The position numbers were made by a program, and so were the translations under genes. Shown here one piece after another: positions 18,835 to 26,370 of a DNA stretch of 64,000 nt. Position 1 is the first letter of the stretch. The number at the start of each line of letters is the position of its first letter. Source of the stretch: Gemmatimonadota bacterium (GTDB lineage: Bacteria > Gemmatimonadota > Gemmatimonadetes > JACCXV01 > JAHWKZ01); contig DATBJO010000018.1 of the NCBI GenBank assembly GCA_036556305.1, positions 23,918 to 87,917 on the forward strand. Reading direction: 5' to 3'. Below the pieces are notes generated by a model, which was not told where the DNA came from, did no database searches, and was given only the letters and a program-made list of their open reading frames with translations.

Positions 18835-19886
18835 CGATCGCCGCCGAGACCCGTCCGCTCACGCTGACGCCGACCCATCCGTTCCGGATCGCCCGCTCGG
18901 AGCACGCCGCGTACCACCACTGGCTCGTCCGCCTGGAGTCCGGGGGCGAGGAGGGGTGGGGCGAGGCGGCGCCCTCCCGGCGCTACGGCGAGACCGCCGA
19001 GACGGTGGCCGCGGCGCTCGCCGAGCTGCTGCCGCTCGTCGGCGACGATCCGTACGCCATGGACGCGATCGAGCGCAGGCTCGACGGCCATCTCCGGGAG
19101 AACGCCAGCGCGAAGGCCGCGATCTCGGCCGCGCTCCACGACCTCGTCGGAAGGCAGCGGGGCCTTCCTCTCTACCGATGGCTCGGCCTCGACCTCGCCC
19201 GCATCCCTCCGACCTCGTTCACGATCGGGATCGCCGAGCCGGAGGCGATGGAGCGGAAGGTCGAGGAGGCCGCCGCGTATTCGATCCTCAAGATCAAGAT
19301 GGGCTTCGACGGCGACGTGGAGGTGCTCGAGCGGATCCGCGCGACGACCGACAAGCCGATCCGGGTCGACGCCAACGAGGGCTGGACGCGGGCGGGCGCT
19401 CTCGCGCGCCTCCCGGCGCTCGAGGACCTGGGCGTCGAGCTCCTCGAGCAGCCGCTCCCGGCCGCCGACCGGGAGGGTCTCGCGCTCGTCAGCGGCGCCA
19501 CCTCGATCCCGGTCGTGGCCGACGAGTCGTGCCGGACGACCGCCGACCTGGCGGGCCTCCAGGGGGTCGTCGACGCGGTCAACGTCAAGCTCGCGAAGAC
19601 CGGATCGATCGGCGAGGCCGTGCGCCTCATGACCGCGGCGCGCGCGCTCCACCTCGGGGTCTTCCTCGGCTGCATGGTCGAGTCCTCGCTCGGCATCGCG
19701 GCCGCGGCCCACCTCGCGCCGCTCGCCGACTGGGTCGACCTCGACGGGCATCTCCTCCTGTCCGACGACCCGTTCGAGGGGCTCCGGCTGGAGGCCGGCC
19801 GGGTGCTTCCGGACCCGGAGGCGCCGGGGCTCGGGGTCCGCCCGCGGGCGGAGTCCAGGCGACCGCGGGTCGCGTCGGAGGCCTGA
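18831..19886 (+). CDS. enolase-superfamily dipeptide epimerase (L-Ala-D/L-Glu epimerase-like)
   Basis: GTG 18831 overlaps the upstream stop (GTGA). Motifs KIKMG, VDANEGW, LEQPL, ADES, NVKLAKTG. Confidence 0.85.
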   Translation: MTIAAETRPLTLTPTHPFRIARSEHAAYHHWLVRLESGGEEGWGEAAPSRRYGETAETVAAALAELLPLVGDDPYAMDAIERRLDGHLRENASAKAAISAALHDLVGRQRGLPLYRWLGLDLARIPPTSFTIGIAEPEAMERKVEEAAAYSILKIKMGFDGDVEVLERIRATTDKPIRVDANEGWTRAGALARLPALEDLGVELLEQPLPAADREGLALVSGATSIPVVADESCRTTADLAGLQGVVDAVNVKLAKTGSIGEAVRLMTAARALHLGVFLGCMVESSLGIAAAAHLAPLADWVDLDGHLLLSDDPFEGLRLEAGRVLPDPEAPGLGVRPRAESRRPRVASEA

Positions 19887-20027
19887 CCCCGCTCCGGCAC
19901 GCCGTTTGCGCTTATCTGCGCCCGGTTTCCGCCGGGTCGCGGGAGCGGTTCCGGCAAACGCATGGACGGCAATCCCTTGGCTCCCCCGGCCCGGTTCGGC
20001 GGGGAGTCCGGGGAGCTGGCGCAGGGT

Positions 20028-20058
20028 TCAGATATCTGAGATTCGCTCAGAAATCTGA
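20028..20058. promoter_or_regulatory. two tandem 12-bp palindromes (operator-like)
   Basis: TCAGATATCTGA (20028-39, perfect) and TCAGAAATCTGA (20047-58, one mismatch). They sit 19 bp centre to centre in a comparatively AT-rich 390-bp intergenic region. Confidence 0.4.
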
Positions 20059-20275
20059 TCCCGCGTCGGAGTGTCTCCGAACGAACGGGAAGCGATTCGG
20101 CCGCGGAGGCGGCCCCAAGGTGACCGATACGCAGCAGCGAACGAGCAGCGACAAGGAGGTGCCGCGAAGCGAACCTGCTGTTCTACGCGCACGGGTTTCA
20201 GAACCTGGTTTTTCCAGTACGACAATTCGCGCAACTGACCCAGGGATGCACTCGAACAAGAGGAGCAAACCCAGA

Positions 20276-23200
20276 ATGAGTTTCCTGAACAAGTACTGGC
20301 GGATCCCGGCCCTCGCGCTGGTCGTCGCCCTGCCGCTGTTCTCAGCGTGCGCGGACGACGAAGGCGCGACGCCGACGGACCCGAGTGGCCCGACAACGGG
20401 GTCGATTCAGGGTACGGTCACGTCGTCGGCGGGAGGCCCCGTGGTGGGCGCCCTCGTCGGCACGTCTCCGGCCACGAGCACCGGCCTGACTGATGCCGCC
20501 GGCCACTATCAGATCAACAACATCCCGATCCCGGGCGGATCGGCCTCGTACGCGGTGACCGCGTCCAAGGAGGGCTTGATCTCGGCCTCGGCCAGCACCA
20601 CGCTGACCACGGCCGCTCCGAACGCGACGGTCAACCTCGTGCTGACGCAGCCGACCGTCCCGCCGCCCGTCACCGACGGCAGCCTCAACGTCCTGGTCAC
20701 GAACCGCGAGGGCACGCCGCAGACCGGCGCCACCGTCACGGTCGTGAACTCGTCGGGCGCCACCGTCACGAGCGGCACCACGAACGCCCAGGGCTTCTTC
20801 CTGGTCCCGACGATCACGGCCGGCAGCTACACGGTCAGCGCCTCGTTGGAGATCTCCGGGATCGAGTTCCGCGCCGCCGGCGGCGTCAACGTCGTCGCGG
20901 GCGAGACCGCGTTCATCCAGCTCACGCTGACGCGTGACTTCGGGCAGTCGGTGTTCCCGAACATCGACGGCGAGGCGGCCACTCCGGTGGAGCTCTTCCT
21001 CGTCCCGCTGCCTGACAGCGACCAGGATCCGGACGTCGACTGCAACATCATCCGGACCCAGCACATGTTCATCGTCGAGGTCGTGAACGAAGACGGCGAT
21101 CCGGTCTCGGGCGTCAAGGTCGAGTGGGACCTTAACACCTCCGAGAACGGCACCGTCTCGACCGAGTGCCCCGATTTCGTGGACGACTTCGCGGGGTGCA
21201 CGATCCCCACGGTCCCCGGAAACACGGGCTCGATCGTCGACTCCGACGATCCCGATCTCGATCCGAGCACGGCCCGCTCCGGCCTGAACGCGTCGTTCAA
21301 CGTCGACAGCCGGAAGGCCGTCACGTTCACGAACGACGACGAGCAGACGATCTCGTTCGGCGGCTCGAGCGTCGCGGTCGGCCCCGGCCAGTCGTGGATC
21401 ATCGTCACGTCGCCGGTCGAGGGTCAGACCGACCTGATCGTCCATTCTTCGGACATCTCCCGCGCCGGTGACCCGAACGCCGACAAGGCCTTCGCGGTCA
21501 AGCGCTGGGTGAACTGGCTCACCGGGGTGGCCGAGGTCCAGTGGCCCGATCAGAACACGCAGGTCAACGGTTACCAGCCGGGTCCGACGCGTGACTTCTT
21601 CGACGCCGACGACACGTCGTTGGACGAGATCTTCGACGGCGACCTGGTGACGAACATCCTCGACCGCCGCGAGACGTCGACGGAAGAGGACCTGGACGGC
21701 GACGGGATCAACGACCATCCGTCGTATCCGTTCGACTTCGGCTGCGACTCGGATGTCTCGAGTGAGTCGGGCTTCCAGTGCGAGCTGACGGGCAACCGGG
21801 CGCTGTTCCTCGCGGGGATCGAGCGCCTGCGCTTCGACTCGCCGTTCAACCTGTCGCGCAGCACCGTGTTGATGGCGGAGCTCGACGACAACCCCGACAT
21901 CGAGTTCTGGGGTGACGACGGCGGCGATGGCTGCCTCGTGGGCGTCTGCAACGTCGAGCACAACGGCCCGTCGGACGACGAGTACCTGGTCGTTTCCGAC
22001 CCGGTCCCGGACGGTCCGTTCAACGACGCGGAGTTCACGCTTGCGGAGGTCGACGCCAACAACAACGTCTTCGACGGCGGCGTGATCACGGCGAATCCGC
22101 TGTGCTCGCAGCCCTGCGACGAGGACGACTTCATCGGCTGGACGATCTCCGAGCTGCGGCTCGACCCGCTCGTCTACTGGTGCGAGGACGTCGATCTGGA
22201 CGGCGACTGCGATCCGGGCGAAGCCGGCTCGGACGACACGTTCAGCACCGCCTACCAGCGCCTGATCGCGGGGACGACCGACAACGTGAACACGATCACG
22301 GTCGAGTTCTTCGACGAGTTCGGCGAGGTGTGCGACGACCTGACGTTCCAGAAGCGTTGGGTCACCAGCCGTCTGCAGATCATCAAGAGCGGTACGCCAG
22401 ACGTGCCGCACACGATCCAGACCGTCGAGGGTCGTCCGGCGAAGCGTCAGGACATCCAGGTCAACCAGACGTTCAGCTACACGATCACGGCGATCAACGA
22501 CGGCGACATCCAGACGGAGAACGTCCGGATCACGGATACGCTGCCGCGCTTCGGCGACCAGTTCAGCGGTCCGCCGGATCTCGGCGCCCCGTCCGAACGG
22601 AACGGCGGTCAGGCGTTCCAGTTCATCCGCGACCGTCCGGCCTTCGATCCGACGGCCATCGTGTACGCGATCGACGAGGACAACGACGAGGCGGGCGACA
22701 TCATCGATTTCTGCTTCCGCGGCGATAACGGCACCGCGATCGGAAATGCGTATGTCGTTCCGACCCCGTGCATCGGGATCACGACCGATGTGGGCTCTGT
22801 CAGCCAGGCCCGCGACGCGGCCATCTCGGCCTCGAACTCGGGCGACCAGGTCGTCTTCATCCAGTGGTTCGACGACGAGATCCTCGGCCGCACGGAGGTC
22901 GGCGGCGGGATCCAGTCCGAAGACTCGGTGGAGGTCTTCCTGAGGGCGACGAGCTCGCTCTACACCGGTCTCACGCTGCCCGGCACGTGGTGCAACATCG
23001 CCACGGTGACGGACGGCCCGAACAACCTGACGACTGACTTCCTCACGCAGTCGTTCGACGCCGACACCCTGTGTCACCGGGTGCTCGAGGCCCTGCTCGA
23101 CGTGCGCAAGACCGCACGCGACGCGGTGCTGAGCGCCGGTACGCAGGCGGTCTGGGACGTGGAGGTCGCGAACTTCGGCAGCACCGCGCTGGCGAACGTG

Positions 23201-23959
23201 ACGGTCCACGACACCCTGGACGCCACGCTCGGTGCGATCGACGCGACGGACATCGTCGTGAACACGGCCCTGTTCCCGGGCGCCGTCGTGAGCGTCGACG
23301 CAGGCGGTCACACGTTCTCGGTGAACCTGGGCAGCCTCGCCCCGACGGCGGGCATCCCGGCGGCGACCTGCAAGGGCCTGGGCGGCGGCTTCTGCCTCGC
23401 CTACACGGTCACTGCGGATCTGCCTTCGGTGGCCGGCGTGTTCTGTAACCGCGTCACGGCGCGGGGGACCTTCTTCAGCGTCGCTGGGACGCTGATCGAG
23501 ACGGACATCTCCTGCGTGACGACGACGATCGCGATCGAGCTCGACATCGAGAACGAGGACGGCTTCCTCGATGCCTCGGGCGCGTTCCAGTCGCAGAAGG
23601 ACATCTTCCACGTCGGTGACGGCAGCGCCGCCGAACCCGATTCGCTCGTGTACGAGCTCTCGGTCACGAACCAGTCCGGCTTCACAGCCACGGGCGTGAG
23701 AGTCGTCGACCTGGTGGCTCCGAACACGGGGATCATCGAGTGGCGGGCGACCCTGTTCAACTCGCAGGGCAGCGTAACCGGCGCGAGCAATGCCGGCTTC
23801 ACGTGGACCATCGGAACGCTGGCCCCGGGCACGGGCGCCACGCTCCGGTTCCGCGCCGAGGCCGTGCGCACCGGCGATGACGTCAACCGGGCGAGCCTGA
23901 CCGCGGACCAGTTGACCGGCACCAAGGTCGACGAGGAGCCGACGACGGTAAGCCCGTAA
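20276..23959 (+). CDS. giant surface lipoprotein with CarboxypepD_reg-like and DUF11 repeat domains
   Basis: SD GAGGAG 10 nt before ATG 20276. Lipobox ALPLFSAC. GSIQGTVTSSAGGPVVGALV..TDAAGHYQINNIP modules. DUF11-like repeats (ITAINDGDIQTENVRITDTLP, VEVANFGSTALANVTVHDTLD, LSVTNQSGFTATGVRVVDLV). Asp-rich Ca-binding-like stretches. The track ORF start at 18956 is an out-of-frame overlap with the epimerase gene. Confidence 0.8.
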   Translation: MSFLNKYWRIPALALVVALPLFSACADDEGATPTDPSGPTTGSIQGTVTSSAGGPVVGALVGTSPATSTGLTDAAGHYQINNIPIPGGSASYAVTASKEGLISASASTTLTTAAPNATVNLVLTQPTVPPPVTDGSLNVLVTNREGTPQTGATVTVVNSSGATVTSGTTNAQGFFLVPTITAGSYTVSASLEISGIEFRAAGGVNVVAGETAFIQLTLTRDFGQSVFPNIDGEAATPVELFLVPLPDSDQDPDVDCNIIRTQHMFIVEVVNEDGDPVSGVKVEWDLNTSENGTVSTECPDFVDDFAGCTIPTVPGNTGSIVDSDDPDLDPSTARSGLNASFNVDSRKAVTFTNDDEQTISFGGSSVAVGPGQSWIIVTSPVEGQTDLIVHSSDISRAGDPNADKAFAVKRWVNWLTGVAEVQWPDQNTQVNGYQPGPTRDFFDADDTSLDEIFDGDLVTNILDRRETSTEEDLDGDGINDHPSYPFDFGCDSDVSSESGFQCELTGNRALFLAGIERLRFDSPFNLSRSTVLMAELDDNPDIEFWGDDGGDGCLVGVCNVEHNGPSDDEYLVVSDPVPDGPFNDAEFTLAEVDANNNVFDGGVITANPLCSQPCDEDDFIGWTISELRLDPLVYWCEDVDLDGDCDPGEAGSDDTFSTAYQRLIAGTTDNVNTITVEFFDEFGEVCDDLTFQKRWVTSRLQIIKSGTPDVPHTIQTVEGRPAKRQDIQVNQTFSYTITAINDGDIQTENVRITDTLPRFGDQFSGPPDLGAPSERNGGQAFQFIRDRPAFDPTAIVYAIDEDNDEAGDIIDFCFRGDNGTAIGNAYVVPTPCIGITTDVGSVSQARDAAISASNSGDQVVFIQWFDDEILGRTEVGGGIQSEDSVEVFLRATSSLYTGLTLPGTWCNIATVTDGPNNLTTDFLTQSFDADTLCHRVLEALLDVRKTARDAVLSAGTQAVWDVEVANFGSTALANVTVHDTLDATLGAIDATDIVVNTALFPGAVVSVDAGGHTFSVNLGSLAPTAGIPAATCKGLGGGFCLAYTVTADLPSVAGVFCNRVTARGTFFSVAGTLIETDISCVTTTIAIELDIENEDGFLDASGAFQSQKDIFHVGDGSAAEPDSLVYELSVTNQSGFTATGVRVVDLVAPNTGIIEWRATLFNSQGSVTGASNAGFTWTIGTLAPGTGATLRFRAEAVRTGDDVNRASLTADQLTGTKVDEEPTTVSP

Positions 23960-23967
23960 CCAGGGAG

Positions 23968-23989
23968 CCGCGCCCCAGACGGGGCGCGG
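23968..23989 (+). terminator. GC hairpin after the giant lipoprotein gene
   Basis: CCGCGCCCC-AGAC-GGGGCGCGG, 9 nt after the TAA stop, followed by a second hairpin. No U-tract. Confidence 0.35.
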
Positions 23990-24072
23990 GGAAGCGGGGG
24001 GCGGCCAAGGCCGCTCCCCGGACTTCCCGACAATGAACCCTGTTATCTGACGTTTTCGCGGAGGGGACAACG

Positions 24073-25278
24073 ATGAGGAAGTGGATCACGACCGGGGCGC
24101 TGGGGGTGCTGATGCTGTTCGGCGCCACCCTGGCCTACGGTCAGACGATGCACCGCAGCTTCGAGCTGTCGGCGCTCGGCGGAGTCAGGGTGTACGACAA
24201 GGATGTCGTATTCCTGAGCTCGGGCTGGGTCGCCGGCGGCAAGCTCGCCTGGTTCCCGCACGCCAACGTCGGCGTCGAGGGTACGGTGAGCTTCTCGAGC
24301 GCGGATGTGAATACGGAAGATGTCGGCGGTCCGGAGACCAACTTCACGGTCGACGTCACCGAGGTCCGGGTCGACGGCGTCTACCAGATGCTGTTCCAGG
24401 CCGAGCAGAAGATCGTGCCCTACTTCTCCGCCGGCGTCGGCCAGATGGTGTTCGACGCGGGTGAGGAGTCAGGGGTCACGGACGAGCCGGCCACGAACCT
24501 GACCTACGGCGGCGGGCTCAAGATCTGGTTCACGCCGCGGATCGCGCTTCGTCTCGACGCGCGCGACAACGTCGCGCTCATCGACAAGCCGTTCGCGAGC
24601 GAGTCCGGCATCCCGACGCCGAACACCAAGACGTTCCAGGCGAACAACCCGGAGTTCCAGGCCGGTCTCACGATCGGCTTCGGTGGCTCCGACGAGGGCT
24701 TCGGCGTCAAGGACACGGACTTCGACGGCGTGCCCGACAAGGACGACCTGTGCCCGAACACTCCGCGCGGCGTCATCGTCGACGAGACCGGCTGCCCGGT
24801 CGACTCCGACAACGACGGCGTGCCGGACGGGCTCGACGCTTGCCCCAACACGCCCGCGGGCGCGACGGTGGACGAGCGCGGCTGCCCGATGGATTCGGAC
24901 AACGACGGCGTCTACGATGGGATCGATCGCTGCCCCAACACGCCGGCTGGCGTTCAGGTCGACGAAACGGGCTGCCCGATTCCCGTCCCGGAAGCTCCGA
25001 AGGCGTGCCTGGACGATCAGTCCTGGTACACGAGCGACGCGACGATCAACGTCGACGGCAGGAACTGGGTGAAGTTCGGCTCGACGAAGACGGCCACCAT
25101 GGATCAGCTCACCCAGATGGGCGAGTACCAGGGCGTGCCGGCGTACGTCGGGAACAACGCCCGGCGGCCGTTCCGCGAGATCTGGCTGCCGTTGTGCTCG
25201 CCGGAGAACACCTACCAGCCGTACCGTCTGGAGAGCGAGGTCCGTGGCACGACCGGATACATCCGGGACGCCAACTAG
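24073..25278 (+). CDS. outer-membrane beta-barrel protein with thrombospondin type-3 repeats and an unrecognised C-terminal domain
   Basis: SD GGAGGGGA. Signal ..LFGATLAYGQ. OmpA-like barrel region. Three DxDxDGVPDxxDxCPNTP repeats. The last ~95 aa (KACLDDQSWY..LPLCSPENTY..) lack the OmpA_C peptidoglycan-binding motifs. Confidence 0.8.
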   Translation: MRKWITTGALGVLMLFGATLAYGQTMHRSFELSALGGVRVYDKDVVFLSSGWVAGGKLAWFPHANVGVEGTVSFSSADVNTEDVGGPETNFTVDVTEVRVDGVYQMLFQAEQKIVPYFSAGVGQMVFDAGEESGVTDEPATNLTYGGGLKIWFTPRIALRLDARDNVALIDKPFASESGIPTPNTKTFQANNPEFQAGLTIGFGGSDEGFGVKDTDFDGVPDKDDLCPNTPRGVIVDETGCPVDSDNDGVPDGLDACPNTPAGATVDERGCPMDSDNDGVYDGIDRCPNTPAGVQVDETGCPIPVPEAPKACLDDQSWYTSDATINVDGRNWVKFGSTKTATMDQLTQMGEYQGVPAYVGNNARRPFREIWLPLCSPENTYQPYRLESEVRGTTGYIRDAN

Positions 25279-25325
25279 GAGACAGGAACAGCGGGACCTC
25301 GAAGGACTCCGCGAACGTAGAGGAT

Positions 25326-25354
25326 GGGCCCCCGGAAGGGGGCCCTTCCTTTTT
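25326..25354 (+). terminator. intrinsic (rho-independent) terminator
   Basis: GGGCCCCC-GGAA-GGGGGCCC followed by TTCCTTTTT, 48 nt after the stop. Confidence 0.8.
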
Positions 25355-25355
25355 C

Positions 25356-25473
25356 GGCTGCTGAAAACGGCCGAGCTCATCGTTGCACACCCTCAGCCGT
25401 CCTGCGGCGTAGGTTCCACTACGCCTCGGACGTCTTCGGTCGCGCGCCTCGACCTCGGCCGTTTTGAGCAGCC
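25356..25473 (+). repeat. dispersed palindromic intergenic repeat, copy B (118 nt)
   Basis: Terminal stem GGCTGCTGAAAACGGCCGAG / CTCGGCCGTTTTGAGCAGCC. Inner hairpin GGCGTAG-GTTCCA-CTACGCC. Confidence 0.8.
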
Positions 25474-25596
25474 TCGCGAGAGCCGCGCACCCCCCCTGCG
25501 GAGTGCCCACCGTTCTCTCCCCGCGGGGGTTGCGCCGGGGAGGAGGCAAGGCAATGTTTAAAGGCTCGAGACGCGCTTCGAGGGACAGGAGGTAGA

Positions 25597-26217
25597 ATGG
25601 CCTTTGCCGTGAGGTTGCGGGCGCTCGCGCTGGCGGGCGCGCCCATCGCGCTTTCTCTCGGTTTCGCGCGGGCGGGGGAGGGCCAGACCCTGTTCGCCCT
25701 CGGCGAGACCGCCTACCTGGACTTCTCCGGAACGATGCCCGGCGCCGCCTACACGGCCCCCGGTGCGGACGAGATCTACATCCACGTGTCGATCGATCGC
25801 CGCGAGCTGACCGTGCGGCAGGGCTCGACCGTCCTCCACCGGTTCCCCGTGGCGGTCGGGAAGGGAGCCTATCTCCGCCACCGGGACGCCGAGAACGGCG
25901 GCTGGCTGTTCGAGACCCCCGCCGGCGTGTTCTCGGTCGGCCGCAAGGAGGAGAACCCGGTCTGGTACGCGCCCGACTGGCACTTCATCGAGAAGGGGCG
26001 ACCGGTTCCGGCCGCGAACAGCCCGTCGCGGTACTTCCCGGGGGACATGGGAGACTACGCGCTCTACCTGGGGGACGGGCTGGCGATCCACGGGACGCGC
26101 GACCAGAATTCGGTCGGTCAGGCCGCCAGCCACGGCTGCATGCGGCTGTCCAAGGTGGGGATCGCGACGGTCTATCCGCTGGTGCGCGTGGGCACGAAGG
26201 TGATCATCACGCCATAG
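25597..26217 (+). CDS. L,D-transpeptidase (YkuD domain)
   Basis: SD AGGAGG, signal peptide, and catalytic HGT....SHGCMRL motif (IHGTRDQNSVGQAASHGCMRL). Confidence 0.9.
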   Translation: MAFAVRLRALALAGAPIALSLGFARAGEGQTLFALGETAYLDFSGTMPGAAYTAPGADEIYIHVSIDRRELTVRQGSTVLHRFPVAVGKGAYLRHRDAENGGWLFETPAGVFSVGRKEENPVWYAPDWHFIEKGRPVPAANSPSRYFPGDMGDYALYLGDGLAIHGTRDQNSVGQAASHGCMRLSKVGIATVYPLVRVGTKVIITP

Positions 26218-26367
26218 GCCGCTGAAAACGGCTCATCTCTGCGTTGCACTCCCGATATGACGAAGAGGCCCGGCGCTCCGAGCACCGGGCCTCTTCGCTT
26301 CTCTTGAATCCTACGCCGCAGGAAGACACGAGGAGCGCGACAAAGCAGATGGGCCGTTATCGGCGCC
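26218..26367. repeat. dispersed palindromic repeat, copy C (150-nt variant enclosing a strong hairpin)
   Basis: Two 5'-arm-type sequences lie in inverted orientation (CTGAAAACGGCTCATCTCTGCGTTGCACTCC ... GGAGCGCGACAAAGCAGATGGGCCGTTATCGG). They flank GAAGAGGCCCGG-N11-CCGGGCCTCTTC (26262-26296) between two convergent genes. Confidence 0.7.
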
Positions 26368-26370
26368 CGT

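Noticed and set aside
20203-20222. Sigma-54 type promoter (TGG...) upstream of the giant lipoprotein gene.
   Set aside because: CTGGTTTTTCCAGTAC lacks the GC dinucleotide at the required 10-11-nt spacing of TGGCAC-N5-TTGC.
18956-20275. N-terminal 440 aa of track ORF 18956..23959.
   Set aside because: This part overlaps the epimerase gene in another frame and then crosses the intergenic region. A lipoprotein signal with SD GAGGAG starts at ATG 20276.
20047-20292. Minus-strand ORF (81 aa) with a signal-peptide-like N-terminus (MFRKLILGLLLLFECIPG).
   Set aside because: Its start is the antisense of the giant lipoprotein's own signal-peptide codons. The remainder crosses the operator-like region, and there is no SD.
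25474-25596. CCTGCGGAGTGCCCACC, just after copy B, resembling the inner-hairpin block CCTGCGGCGTG.
   Set aside because: The match is short and partial, without a stem partner. It may be debris of another copy but is not supportable.
25356-26367. CRISPR-like reading of the recurring GTTGCAC-containing repeats.
   Set aside because: Copies are 118-150 nt, separated by whole genes and scattered over 43 kb. There is no regular repeat-spacer array and no cas genes.
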